Positions 1-12,337 of a stretch of DNA of 33,961 nt are shown in pieces. The stretch is taken from assembly GCF_001194135.2 (NCBI RefSeq), contig NC_068986.1, forward strand, positions 97,243,191 to 97,277,151. Reading direction: 5' to 3'. Origin of the DNA: Octopus bimaculoides. Taxonomy: Eukaryota. The notes beneath the pieces were generated by a model. That model did not search any database. It was not told the origin of the DNA and saw only the letters and a list, made by a program, of their open reading frames with translations. Numbering within the stretch: position 1 is the first letter of the stretch; each line of letters begins with the position of its first letter. A program made the translations under genes and the position numbers.

Positions 1-107
1 TACAGTAACCATAAGAGCACCACAGCAAACCACAGCACATACCCAAGGCGCACAGAGCTGCGCTCGGTAGTGAAGTGAAAGCACGTTATAAAAATAAAAC
101 TACTGAA
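1..107 (+). mobile_element. 3' end (probable stop codon + 3' UTR) of a young R4/Dong-clade non-LTR retrotransposon; continues upstream of the window
   Basis: Begins TA CAG TAA, ends ACTACTGAA running into (TAA)n. 4-107 matches 18519-18622 at 103/104 nt. Contains the CCCAAGG stem-loop shared with the other R4/Dong 3' UTRs here. No coding sequence in the window, so clade assignment is by context. Confidence 0.65.
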
Positions 108-108
108 C

Positions 109-188
<80 letters not shown>

Positions 189-209
189 TGATGATGATGA
201 TAATAATAA
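108..209 (+). repeat. (TAA)n/(TGA)n microsatellite
   Basis: Direct reading; separates two R4/Dong copies. Confidence 0.95.
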
Positions 210-2255
210 AGGTATACTGGTATAGTGGCATAGTGGAAGAGATGGACAATTGTTCTCAAGAACATTACCGTGAATCATGAAAGAATCGAGATCAGTGACT
301 ATTTAAACAATGAATGCGAACTAATAATAAACAGGATTTTGGATCTATTAAACACAGAAGAGACAGAGTTCCTGTGCTACTTTAAGAAGGCTAACCAATG
401 GAGACTAAATCAAGAGACAAGTAAAGTCAACAATGTATTGAGACACATTGAAACAAAGAACATCGCACAAATAAATAATATCATCAAGGTTGCAAGTAGA
501 ATTGTGGTACAAAGGATGGAATTGAGAACTACTGAGAAGAGAACATCGACGGATAGTAGAGGAAATAAGCAAACTTGGTAGAAAAAGAGAATTTCAGAAG
601 ATATAAACTTCCGAAACAGTGTAGTGTCAATACTTGTCAGGAAAAGAAAAGGAGAATTGAAGAATGATCAGAAATTTGAAGAACTGAGTAAGTGGTATGG
701 TGTAGATACAAAAGGTTTGAATGTTGTAATTGAAGAACTGAAGCAGCGCATATTTGCCAAAAAACAAAAGCAAAGTTAACTAAGCATGAACAACGGATTA
801 AGCAATACCGGCAAAACAATTGTTTAGAACCGAAAGAAAAAGATTTTATCAAGAAATTAATGACGATATAGAACGTGAAAGATTCGTTTCTGATGCTGAT
901 GAAAGTCAACAGTTCTGGAGTAATATATGAAGTAAGCAAGAACATAATATTGCAGCTGAATGGCTCTGCAGCCTGAAGCAAACAGCGCCTTATCCCCAGC
1001 AAGAGGCTATCCACTTCACAAAAGCAGTATTAGAAATATGAGTAAATAGGTAAGCAATTGGAAACCAGCAGATCCTGATGGTGTACAAGGATTTTGGATA
1101 AAAAAAGTTCAGCAGGTAGCATAAATTGGACGTAGAGCAATTTAATGCATTGGTCGATAGAGAAGAATAAATCCCAAACGAATCTTTGACGAAAGGACGA
1201 ACGGTGCTGTGTCTAAAGGATGCATCTGAAGGATGCTGCCGACAATTACATGCCGATTTCTGCCTCCCAGTAATGTGGAAGTTACTGTTAGGAGGAATTG
1301 CAGAAGAAATGTATAATTGTTTTGATGAGAACGATATGTTATCGACAGAACATAAAGTTGTAGGAGGAGATGCAGAGGTATCAAAGACCAATTATTTATT
1401 GACAAAATGGTAATGCTAGATTGTAAACGAAGAAGAGCAAATTTTGGAATGGCCGGGATTAACTATCGCAAAGCTTATGATATGATTCCGCATTTGTGGT
1501 CATTGAGTACTTAGATTTGTTTGGAATTGCAAGGAATGGAACGTGTTTTCTAAAGAGAAGTATGGTGGAGTGGAAAACTGAATTGACATCCTACAGAAAA
1601 AGCTTGGGCACTCTGAGCATCAGAAGAGGAATTTTCCAAGGTGATAGCTTCTCTCTGTTGCTTTTTGTTCCCTGCATTATCCCTCTGACATTGGTACTTA
1701 GCAAAATGAACCTGGGATATCAGCTAAAGAGAAAATCTCAAACAATCAACCACCCACACTTCATGGATGATTGGAAGTGGTATGGCAAGGAGGAGGTAAA
1801 AGTGAGTTCTTTTGGTGAACACGGTCCACTGCTTTAGTGCTGATATAAGAATAGAATTCGAATTCAAGAAGTGTGGTATAATGTATTTGAAAATAGGCAA
1901 GATACAGTCCCCAGCAGGGATAGAATTTCTTAATAGAGAACTAATTAAGCAAATTGAAAAGGAAGGCTGTAAGTATATTGGCATACTAGAGCTCGTCGAA
2001 ACTATGGAGAAGGAATTGAGATAACAATTGAGGATTGAATATTTCCGAAGACTTGAATATTGCGCTCAAAATTGACAGGATGGAACAAAATCCAAGCAGT
2101 TAGTACAACATAACCAGAATCAATTCGGTACGGTGCTGGTTTCATAAAATGGCAAAAAAAAGAGAAGTAATGAACATGGATAAGAAGACAAGAGAAATAT
2201 TGACAGTACACCGAGCCTTCCACACTAAGAGTGACAACGATAGGTTTTTGCTCTC
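210..2255 (+). mobile_element. Decayed R4/Dong-clade non-LTR retrotransposon (N-terminal region + RT pseudo-ORF), 3' part missing
   Basis: Across frameshifts and stops: KVNNVLRHIETKNIAQINNII, NWKPADPDGVQGFWIKK (~1057), [25 protein letters not shown] (~1470), RRGIFQGDSFS (~1622), FMDD (1760-1771), CKYIGI, RYGAG, HTKSDNDR. No CCHC/RLE follows. Confidence 0.9.
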
Positions 2256-3066
2256 TCCCGTAATTGAAAGCCATCTGTTCACGAATCTGCTTTGTTGTCT
2301 GCTACTCTCGATTTTCCTCTATTTCTGCAGGTCTCCTCAAATGGCTTTTTTCTACACCAAGTGTACTAGTTGAATTTCTATCCTACACCAATGGTTTCAT
2401 TGATTGTGTTTCTGCACCCATGGTGAAGTATAGTTTTAGAATGATCCTATGGTCTTGCCAGGAATAAACACATTCAAATCCATGCTGACCGTAACTTCCT
2501 TCACTAAATTCCTTCTTAATTCCATACTTATCACCTTTCGTGAGGCAGAGAAATATTAGCTTTCTCTTTCTTGGCAACCTCTCAGACAAAATTATTGAGC
2601 AAGAAGAGAGACTCCCTTGCGACACACCCCTGCCAAACTTTTTTTAAGGGATGCAACATTTGCTAGGTTGTGTATGCAAAGTAAGGTAACGTAGTTGTCA
2701 TTGCTGTTGTTACTGCTAAATGAACTGTCAAAATCTGTTTTATTCGTATTAAAAACAACCACGAATTCATCATTGTTTCTTTCTATTTCAAAATCTTTAT
2801 TTGGTTTTATTCTTTCTATACACCTGTCAAGGATTATGTCGGAAAAGGCGTCCTTCGCAGACGTTTTGTGTTAAATGTCAGCGAACAAAATAGTGTTCAA
2901 ATAATTAATAAAAAAAAAACTGCTTGCTATTCTTTGAGGTAATCCGAACGAATTAACGCGTAAAAAGTAATCCAGTTTTGACAAAGAAAAAAACATATAA
3001 AAAAATATTCATGAAAAGAAATCTAGAAACGAGACTGTTGAGCAAGCACATCCTATTATGTCAAAA

Positions 3067-3130
3067 TTTAATAATAACAATAATAATGCTGATGCTGCAA
3101 ATGCTGCTGCTGTAAATAATGATGATAATC
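3067..3130. repeat. Degenerate (TAA/TGC/TGA)n tract
   Basis: Direct reading; abuts the SINE-A tail. Confidence 0.8.
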
Positions 3131-3342
3131 TTTTCTACTATAAGCACAGGGTCTAAAATTTAGAGGGATGGCACTAGTCGATTACATAGAATCCAGTGCT
3201 CAACTGGTACGTATTTTATCAACGTCGAAAGGCTGAAAGGTAAAGTCGACCCCGGCGGAATTTGAGCTCAGAAAGTAAAGACGGTCGAAATACCGTTAAG
3301 TATTTTGGCCGGCTTGCTAACGATTCTGCCAGCTCACCACCT

Positions 3343-3374
<32 letters not shown>

Positions 3375-3572
3375 ATAATAATAATAATAATTTTGACACA
3401 GGGTAGCAATTACGTGTGAGGAGATAAGTCGATAACATCGACTCCAGCACTCAACTGGTATTTGTTTTATCGACCCCGAATGGATGAAAAGCAAAGTCGA
3501 CATCGTAAAGAATGACGAAATGCGGTTAAGCATTTAGCCCGGCATGCTTAACGATTCTGGCAGCTCACTGCT

Positions 3573-3646
<74 letters not shown>

Positions 3647-3769
3647 CCTGTTGACTATTGGCACAAGGCCTAAAATTTTGGGGGAGGAGCGAGTCGAATA
3701 CATCGACCCCAGTTCTCAAGTGATGCTTGTTTTATCGACCCCGAAAGGATGAAAGGCAAAGTCGACCCC
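3131..3769 (-). mobile_element. Head-to-tail array of three SINE-A copies (about 3131-3343, 3391-3574, 3647-3769) separated by (CTA)n/(TAA)n
   Basis: On -: head AAGG..GAGCTGGCAGAATCGTTAG (A-box-like), GAGCTCAAATTCC (B-box-like), body GTCGACTTTGCCTTTCATCCTTTCGGGGTCGATAA. The body resembles the Meta-type SINE central domain (from memory, unverified). Third copy lacks the head. Confidence 0.85.
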
Positions 3770-5039
3770 ATAAAAGTTTATTCTTGTAGTAATTTGTGCT
3801 TTTAAACTGCAGATATCCAGAAGGACTGCCTTCAAAGGATTTTATCAATTTCATCGACTACTTGGCATATTTTATCGAAGTATATTTTGAACATTTCAAT
3901 CATTGGTCATAAAGGCACGTGACATGAAAAGCAAACATAAGAAACAGATACAAACACAATCACATACACATAATATTCTTACGTACACACACAAACTTAA
4001 ATGCTTATGGAATAAATGTTTGAAAAAACTTTTGAGCAATGCATGTGAGGATTTATGCAATAAATATAATGTGATATCAATGAATGAAAACAAAGAAAAA
4101 ATATAATTATTACTTTATATAAGTTGTGTAATGATCTAAATAATATTTCGAGAAAAATTCTCATTTTCAAATAGAAGAAAGAAAATAATCAAAGTCTTCG
4201 GATAAATTTATTGTCATGGATAAATCATTCTAGTGCTATAACAAAGTTTCCGCTTACTGAATTCTGGTCAAAAATAATCGTAAGTCTAGGAAAAACACAC
4301 ATGCCAAGATGCTGCTTATTAGTATTGAAAGAAACCTACACGATTGCAAAGCGAAAGAGTTCCCCAAGCCGCTGTAACAAGATACATCTAGAGGAGAGGA
4401 TTAAACTAATATTCACAACTCTTACTTAAAATTGCTTCACAGGTAAAACTTGTTATTAGAGTAAAGTTCAAACACACACTTATTTATATACATTTCCATA
4501 CACGCCTCTCACCCTTTCTGTGTTTGCGGGTGTGAATGTGTGTGTGTAAGTATTATAATGTGTCACATATAACGCAAACGTTTATCATACATAGACATTT
4601 ATAGACGGTTTAGAAGCATGGAATATCAAGAATTTCCAGCAATATATTGTACGGTATGAGAAATGTTGAGAGACTAGAACTGCGATAATCCTTTGGTTTA
4701 AAAAAAAATATACTGTTTATTGATTTATCACTAATTAGTGGCCAATTGAAATCAGTATGATTTTAATATGTAGCCTTCATTTTTTAGTTAATCATTCTGG
4801 ATAATCTGTGTTTAGAACATCTCATATCTTTAAGCATTCAACATTTCATACCATTTAATTTCGCAGCAGGCGGAGAATTCTCAAATATAATTTGTAATTA
4901 CCAAAATTATTGCTATTTACATTTGTTTGTAATTATTATGGCTACATCATCATTATTATTAATAACATTGAAATATTAATTAAAATGAAAAAAAATCATG
5001 AAAAGCAAACTGTCTATTTAGCTCTTCTCTCCAAACACC

Positions 5040-5040
5040 G

Positions 5041-5105
<65 letters not shown>

Positions 5106-5275
5106 TGAGAGAGAGCTTGTATATATGTATATATATGTACATACATATACATGCATATATATATATATATATTGAATGTATATTTATATACGTATACATA
5201 TATGTTCATGTACGTGCATGTATAGATAAGAATATATGTATGTGTATATATGTATATATGTATTTATATGCATAT
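5040..5275. repeat. (TA)n/(TG)n compound microsatellite running into a gap
   Basis: Direct reading; N gap 5276-6087, (TA)/(TG) resumes 6088-6130. Confidence 0.95.
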
Positions 5276-6134
5276 NNNNNNNNNNNNNNNNNNNNNNNNN
5301 NNNNNNNNNNNNNNNNNNNNNNNNNNNNNNNNNNNNNNNNNNNNNNNNNNNNNNNNNNNNNNNNNNNNNNNNNNNNNNNNNNNNNNNNNNNNNNNNNNNN
5401 NNNNNNNNNNNNNNNNNNNNNNNNNNNNNNNNNNNNNNNNNNNNNNNNNNNNNNNNNNNNNNNNNNNNNNNNNNNNNNNNNNNNNNNNNNNNNNNNNNNN
5501 NNNNNNNNNNNNNNNNNNNNNNNNNNNNNNNNNNNNNNNNNNNNNNNNNNNNNNNNNNNNNNNNNNNNNNNNNNNNNNNNNNNNNNNNNNNNNNNNNNNN
5601 NNNNNNNNNNNNNNNNNNNNNNNNNNNNNNNNNNNNNNNNNNNNNNNNNNNNNNNNNNNNNNNNNNNNNNNNNNNNNNNNNNNNNNNNNNNNNNNNNNNN
5701 NNNNNNNNNNNNNNNNNNNNNNNNNNNNNNNNNNNNNNNNNNNNNNNNNNNNNNNNNNNNNNNNNNNNNNNNNNNNNNNNNNNNNNNNNNNNNNNNNNNN
5801 NNNNNNNNNNNNNNNNNNNNNNNNNNNNNNNNNNNNNNNNNNNNNNNNNNNNNNNNNNNNNNNNNNNNNNNNNNNNNNNNNNNNNNNNNNNNNNNNNNNN
5901 NNNNNNNNNNNNNNNNNNNNNNNNNNNNNNNNNNNNNNNNNNNNNNNNNNNNNNNNNNNNNNNNNNNNNNNNNNNNNNNNNNNNNNNNNNNNNNNNNNNN
6001 NNNNNNNNNNNNNNNNNNNNNNNNNNNNNNNNNNNNNNNNNNNNNNNNNNNNNNNNNNNNNNNNNNNNNNNNNNNNNNNNNNNNNNNTATATATATATGT
6101 ATGTATGTGTGTGTGTGTGTGTGTGTGTGTAGTA

Positions 6135-6625
6135 ATAATGCTAATGCCTGTTCGTCGTTGTCGACGATGACTAGGGCATCATACGAGAGAAGAAAAAGGG
6201 TCATAGTACATCCGGCTGTGACCGATCAGGCAGATGCTTTTACGGAAGTTTCTGCCTCGGATCGGGTACTGGTGGTCTCCTGGGATTGAATGCAAGGGGT
6301 TCGCTCTGGACTTGTGCAGATCCCGTTTTCTATGTGGTCCTGCGGTCCTATTTTGTCTGTCGGAGGTGGCACCTCTGTTAATGCAGTTACACCAGGCAGG
6401 GCGGTACTGTGCTTGCATTTCCCAGGTGTCGGGTTTGTTCTGAAAGCACTTCAGTTAGGCTTTCAGTGTACCTTTGGAGCGCTTTTTTCGGCCCACATTG
6501 TGTGCGTCTGCCTAGAGTCTTCTAGGTAGTTTTGTGTCAGATATTAGAACAAGGTGGCCTGCCCACCTGACCTGCGCTCTCGTCAGCAGAGTGCAGCTAT
6601 GCGTGCGAAGACGAGACGCGTCGGG
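6135..6625 (-). mobile_element. Decayed 3' end of an RTE-clade LINE (ORF C-terminus + short 3' UTR)
   Basis: One - frame with two stops reads TLLTRAQVRWAGHLVLISDTKLPRRL*...KKRSKGTLKA*LKCFQNKPDTWEMQAQYRPAW...YPIRGRNFRKSICLIGHSRM. This matches the RTE/BovB-type LRWAGHV..MPD.RLPK, DTLK, TWE.LA.DR..W and terminal CPxCGR..IGL.SH motifs. Confidence 0.85.
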
Positions 6626-7419
6626 CTATATTGATTCTACGGGCAGGAAAATGGATCAGCGAGCATTGTAGAGCGCAAATAAGGTATTGTGAGACACAAG
6701 GAAACTATGGATACCCACCGCATCCCGACTTATCTCTAGTTGTCTTGACTTAGTTCTGCCACGGCGATGAAAAAGCAAAGGGCAAGAGAGTGAGGGAGAT
6801 GACGTTGCGCAACTTAGACCTCTGTCATGCATAAGATATCACATCATTCAAGCCAGACACACCCTCAAGTCCTGTAGCGATGGGAAAATTACAAAGCATC
6901 AGGTATATAGATAAGGATATATATATATATATGTGTGTGTGTGTGNNNNNNNNNNNNNNNNNNNNNNNNNNNNNNNNNNNNNNNNNNNNNNNNNNNNNNN
7001 NNNNNNNNNNNNNNNNNNNNNNNNNNNNNNNNNNNNNNNNNNNNNNNNNNNNNNNNNNNNNNNNNNNNNNNNNNNNNNNNNNNNNNNNNNNNNNNNNNNN
7101 NNNNNNNNNNNNNNNNNNNNNNNNNNNNNNNNNNNNNNNNNNNNNNNNNNNNNNNNNNNNNNNNNNNNNNNNNNNNNNNNNNNNNNNNNNNNNNNNNNNN
7201 NNNNNNNNNNNNNNNNNNNNNNNNNNNNNNNNNNNNNNNNNNNNNNNNNNNNNNNNNNNNNNNNNNNNNNNNNNNNNNNNNNNNNNNNNNNNNNNNNNNN
7301 NNNNNNNNNNNNNNNNNNNNNNNNNNNNNNNNNNNNNNNNNNNNNNNNNNNNNNNNNNNNNNNNNNNNNNNNNNNNNNNNNNNNNNNNNNNNNNNNNNNN
7401 NNNNNNNNNNNNNATAAGG

Positions 7420-7435
<16 letters not shown>

Positions 7436-7471
<36 letters not shown>

Positions 7472-7570
7472 CCTTCACCATCACTTTAAAAATGTTGTGT
7501 GTTCACATCGCCGCAACCTAGCGGTTCAGCCTAACAGTTTGACAGTATAAGGACTAGTCTTTAAAAAATA
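7436..7570 (+). mobile_element. Degenerate SINE-B 3' half preceded by (TG)n
   Basis: CACATCGCCGCAACCTAGCGGTTCAGC aligns to ATGTCCCCGTAACTTAGCGGTTCGGC of the 26030-26241 copy. Confidence 0.6.
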
Positions 7571-7699
7571 GGTACAGATGGCTATTAATCAATATACGAA
7601 TCGATGTATTTATCACAAAGTCATTAAAATTTCTTTAGGAAAAAGAAAGGAGAAGAGCAGTCCAGTTTCAAATATGATGAAAGTTTATATCTAGATATA

Positions 7700-8009
7700 C
7701 ATAAATACACATCCATCCCTCCATCCATCCATCCATCCATCCTGCTAGCGTGCCATGCATACACACATAACTGAATAATGACATATATATACATACATTC
7801 GTGCATGCACACATGTATACGAACATTCATACACACATGCATACATATATATGAATATACGTACACACATACGTACACTTACATATGATATATATAAAAA
7901 GAAGAAAATACTCTATGTGCTGCATACACATTTCTGTATACATGACAAAGCGTACATACGTTCATGCAGACATACAAAGGGGTGTGTGTGTTGTATACAT
8001 ACATACATT

Positions 8010-8081
<72 letters not shown>

Positions 8082-8090
8082 TATATATAG
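7700..8090. repeat. (CATC)n, (TACA)n and (CA)n microsatellite cluster
   Basis: Direct reading. Confidence 0.9.
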
Positions 8091-8439
8091 CGTTTATGGT
8101 GTGATGTGTTAAAAGTAAAGCAAAATTTCCCAATTGATGGAAAAGTGTTATAAGAATTTAAATAAAAATTTAAATAAAAATTTAAAATAAAGAATGCAAA
8201 CAATAATGAGTAATGTATGCGTAATGTATAGTTTGAAAGATAAAAGTGGTAAAGAGGAAGAAAAACAACAACAGCATGAAACGCAAGATATGCTGCTATA
8301 TAAAAAAAATATCATATAAAATGAGATTCGGCGTTTGCAAATAAAGAATTATGGAAAAGCGCGTAAAAAGATGAAAGAATTAAATATCAAGTCATATTAA
8401 ACTAATGAATCAAAACATTGATAATAATTGACAAAGCTT

Positions 8440-9344
8440 ATATTAGGTTGTCATTTGGTGCCAATATGGAGAATTTCGAAGAATGTCTACAAAATTTACG
8501 AAGCCCATTTTTACGTTGCAGTGCAGGATATACACAAATATATACGGTTGGTAGAGCAATCCAGAGAAACAGAATTCAATATGTTAGTATATCTGATTTT
8601 TTAAACTTGTATTTGGAGGACCGTCACTTAACAATTGACACACTTATTGATATGACTGGTGTATGCTGGAGTTCTTGCCAACGAATTTTGATGAGGAATT
8701 GCGAATGAAAAGAATTGCAACAGAATATGTGCTTGCCTTGCTCATGGAAGATCAAAGGCAGTCACGACTGCATGCGTTTTGTAAACTGAAAGAAAAAGCG
8801 CGTCAAGTGAAGTCCATTGTCAAGACGATGATGATTGGTTTCATGGATGCGAAAGGAATTGTTCACACGGAATTTGTCCCTCTTGGTCAAACTATAAACC
8901 AAACATTTCATTTGGCAGTTCTGAAGCGTTTGCGAAACGCGGTGAGACGAAAACGCCCGACCTGTGGAAAATGGTGGTTTCATCACGACAATACGCCTGC
9001 GCACACCACCTTGAGTGTGAGACAATTTTAGACCAAAAATGGCATGATCCTGCCTCCCCACTCTTCCCCCGAACTTGCTCCCTGTGACTTTTGTTTTGTT
9101 ACTCCGAATGAAAAAGTCCTTAAAGGAAAACGTTTTGCAGATGTGGAAGGAGTGAAGAAACAATATTAAAAGCCATCATTTCACAAGAGTTCCAGCACGG
9201 TTTCGAATACTAGAAAACGCATCTAGACCGATGCATTACTTCAAATGGAGAATATTTTGAAGGCGGTAAAAGTATAAACATGTAAAATTAAATGTGAATA
9301 AAATAATATTGCAAACTTTGGTTTCTTATGCGTACTCCCTCGTA
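8440..9344 (+). mobile_element. Decayed mariner (Tc1/mariner) transposon: transposase pseudogene + right TIR
   Basis: Motifs ELRMKRIA, KARQVKSIVKTM, GIVHTEFVP.GQTIN, RLRNAVRRKRP, HHDNTPAH (~8980), SPELAPCDF (~9067), LKGKRF. Right end TACTCCCTCG-TA (to 9344). Stops, frameshifts, internal deletion; no left TIR seen. Confidence 0.9.
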
Positions 9345-9369
9345 TATATACATGTATGCCTATATGTAG

Positions 9370-9379
9370 ATGTAGATAT

Positions 9380-9414
<35 letters not shown>

Positions 9415-9465
9415 TACATACATACATACATACATACATACATACATACATACATACATGTGCAA
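9370..9465. repeat. (CA)n + (CATA)n microsatellite
   Basis: Direct reading. Confidence 0.95.
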
Positions 9466-9894
9466 GTATATATGTAATGACTTGATCAGATGCTGTCTGT
9501 TGAAACCGATTACATCACGAAAAAAAACCTTTGAAACATCGAAAAACATAGAAAAACCAATTAAATTTATTTGAATTTCATGTTGTGTGGCATCGAAATT
9601 TTGATCTTACCAATATTACCTAGTCATTGATGGCTGTGTCTGATCACAGGAACTGTTAGAAAAAGCAGTAAAATCTTCCTTACATTAATGCATACTGGCT
9701 AAGAGTAACGACCCTGGGTATTAGGGTAAAAAATAGTGCATCATGTCAAACAGAGTGCAGATGAGATGGTCTAGGCAGAAATGCCCCTGATCATATGTTT
9801 GTTCAATCGCTTCCCTCATCTGGCTGAACAACAACACTTATATCTTTGTCCTTTTCTTGTATACGCCGGGATGAGACCAAATATTTATGCCTAT

Positions 9895-10480
9895 TACGTG
9901 TACACACACTCTAGTTTGAACAGGCACGCACGCGCACACACTCAAACACACGCACGCACAAACGTACACACACATACACTTATGCATACACACATACACT
10001 CTCTCTCTCAAACACACACTCACACCCAAGCACACACACACACACGTACTTACACATACACACACAAACACACGTGCACACAAACACACGCATACACGTA
10101 GGAACATATAGCAAAACACATTCATAAAGGTTCTAACTCGCAGCTATGCAAACACACAAGCCTGCTTATACACATACACATTTGCACACACACACACATA
10201 CACATACAAAAGTAAATTTAAATACATACTACACATGTACGTACATAAATAAAATCACGTGCTCGCGCACACTCACAATTTCAAACACATGCTTTCACTA
10301 ACAGTGAATTTGAGAGTGATTTTTGTATATGAGTCTCTTGGTATTTGCGTGCCTGCAGGTATCTAAGACAGTGTGTGCGTGTATGTGTGTGTGCATGTGT
10401 ATGTGTATGTGTGTGAGTGTGTGTGCATGTGTGTGCGTTTGTCTGTCAGTGTATGCGCGAGTGTATGTATGGATCATTTC
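9895..10480. repeat. Degenerate (CA)n-rich then (TG)n-rich low-complexity region
   Basis: Direct reading. Confidence 0.85.
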
Positions 10481-10563
10481 TGTTTGGCTGCCAGCGGCTA
10501 CTAGTGTGAATTTTCTGTTCGAATTGATTTCATATTCAGGGTAATGATACACTTTTATAGGCA

Positions 10564-10692
10564 TACCAAATCCACTCAGAAGACTTTGGTCGGCCCGAGT
10601 AGAAGACACTTGCCCAAGATGCCACGCAGTGGGACTGAACCCGGGACCATGTGGTTGGTAAGCAAGCTACTTACCACACAGCCACTCCTATC
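10564..10692 (-). mobile_element. SINE-B 5' half (tRNA-like head + CORE-like segment)
   Basis: On -: TGGCTGTGTGGTAAG (A box), GGTTCAGTCCC (B box), then GGCATCTTGGGCAAGTGTCTTCTAC. GGGCAAGT recalls CORE-SINEs. Confidence 0.85.
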
Positions 10693-10839
10693 TATCTTTC
10701 AATTGTAAAGTCTCATCTATGTACAATGTGTATTATAATAAAGCTGCTTGTTAATTAATTTGTGTATGTAATTATGTCTGTGCCTTATACGTTTTCTCGC
10801 TTATTTCTCGTATTCTTCCAAAGATGCACACGAAAACGC

Positions 10840-10985
10840 GCTCTCTCTCTCTTCTCTCACTCTCTTTTTCTCTTTCTCTCTCTCTTTTATTTTCCCTCTT
10901 CCCTTCCTTCTTATTATTTCCTTCCTTCTTTTTTCTTTCTTTCTTTATTTCACTCATTTTCCCTTTCTCGCGTTCTCTCTTTCCA
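10840..10985. repeat. CT-rich polypyrimidine low-complexity tract
   Basis: Direct reading. Confidence 0.85.
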
Positions 10986-11154
10986 GCATGTTCTTCTCTG
11001 TCAATTACACGCTCAATTGTGCGTATACAAAACAAAACTCATAGCTGATCTAGACTCAACTACGCATCCATAAACATTCACAAACACATTCATAGATATC
11101 CACACACGCAAACACGGATCCATCCACATTTCTTTACTCACATGTTTATATTCT

Positions 11155-11287
11155 TTTACGCTTTTATTCTTTTACTTGCTTCAGTCATTTGACTGCAGCC
11201 ATGCTGGAGCACCGCCTTATACGATTTAAGTCGAACAAATCGACCCCGATTATGGGGGGAGACGAACACAGACACACACACACATAA

Positions 11288-11341
<54 letters not shown>

Positions 11342-11521
11342 ACATATACCTATACACAACGGGCTTCTTCCAATTTCCGTCTACCATATCCACTTAGAAG
11401 GCCTTGGTCGGCCCGAGGCTATAGTAGACGACACTTGCCCAAGGTGCCACGCAGTGAGACTGAACCTTAAACCATGTCATTGGGAAGTAAGCTTCTGATC
11501 ACACAGCCACGCCTGCGCCTA
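11155..11521 (-). mobile_element. SINE-B with internal (CA)n (about 11270-11345) and a deletion in the 3' half
   Basis: Head AGGCGCAGGCGTGGCTGTG, core CACCTTGGGCAAGTGTC, tail GCGGTGCTCCAGCATGGCTGCAGTCAAATGACTGAAGCAAGTAAAAGAATAAAAG. Confidence 0.9.
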
Positions 11522-11529
11522 TAGAGACA

Positions 11530-12326
11530 TTTAAATACACACACAAATTCAAACATACGCACACACACACACACACGCAGACACACACACACGCACACAC
11601 GTACTCATATAAACTTGAGGACATCTAACTGTTCTGAAACACGAACATACACTCGCATACACACGCGCGCACGCACAGACACATACACTCATATACGTAA
11701 ACATTCCTACTCGCCCACAAGAATACACATTTGGGGACACGCATGTCAATATGTTCTCACGCCCATACTTAATCGCGCAGGGACACACGCAAACATACAC
11801 ACACGCGCACACATGAACGCATACACGAGAACTTAGATTCTCATACACACTCGCCGACATGCATACACTCAAGCCCGCACACAGTATCGTTCAAAGTCAC
11901 AAACCCTCATAAATCCACATATCGGTGCGCAATCACATACATTAATTCACTGTCACACTTTCACACACATCTCTAATGCATATTGACACACACACACAGA
12001 AACATACACACACACTCACACACAGACACACACACACACACACTGACGCACACAGCAGCCTCTTACTCACACTTATACCGACTTAGAATCTGTCACATTT
12101 ACATGCAGTTTACACATAGCCGCACACTCACAAAATAACATACGCGGATGTTTTTCGCACACACGCAAACAAATCGATACACACACGCACACGTACACAC
12201 ACACAGACACGCATATGCGTGCGCGCCCACACGTGCACACACATACTTCTGTACTTACAGAGTCATGCATAAACACATCCACTTACCTGCAACACCCACG
12301 TGCGCAGAAAACCGCACGCGCATACA
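11530..12326. repeat. Degenerate (CA)n-rich low-complexity region
   Basis: Direct reading. Confidence 0.8.
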
Positions 12327-12337
12327 TAAATAGACAT

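Noticed and set aside
6179-6204. MTLFLLSYDALVIVDNDEQAL resembling an RT YADD motif
   Set aside because: Lies in the RTE 3' UTR, downstream of the true ORF end and in another frame; coincidental.
5014-7550. Long ORFs of 200-394 aa here, and similar ones at 17.6-18.4, 22.7-24.6, 28.2-29.2 and 33.0-33.5 kb
   Set aside because: They run through N gaps (X residues) and dinucleotide repeats; not evidence of coding.
9560-9835. Possible additional old SINE ending in AACAACAAC (and complex sequence at 19350-19650)
   Set aside because: No second copy or clear promoter boxes in the window; cannot be supported without a repeat library.
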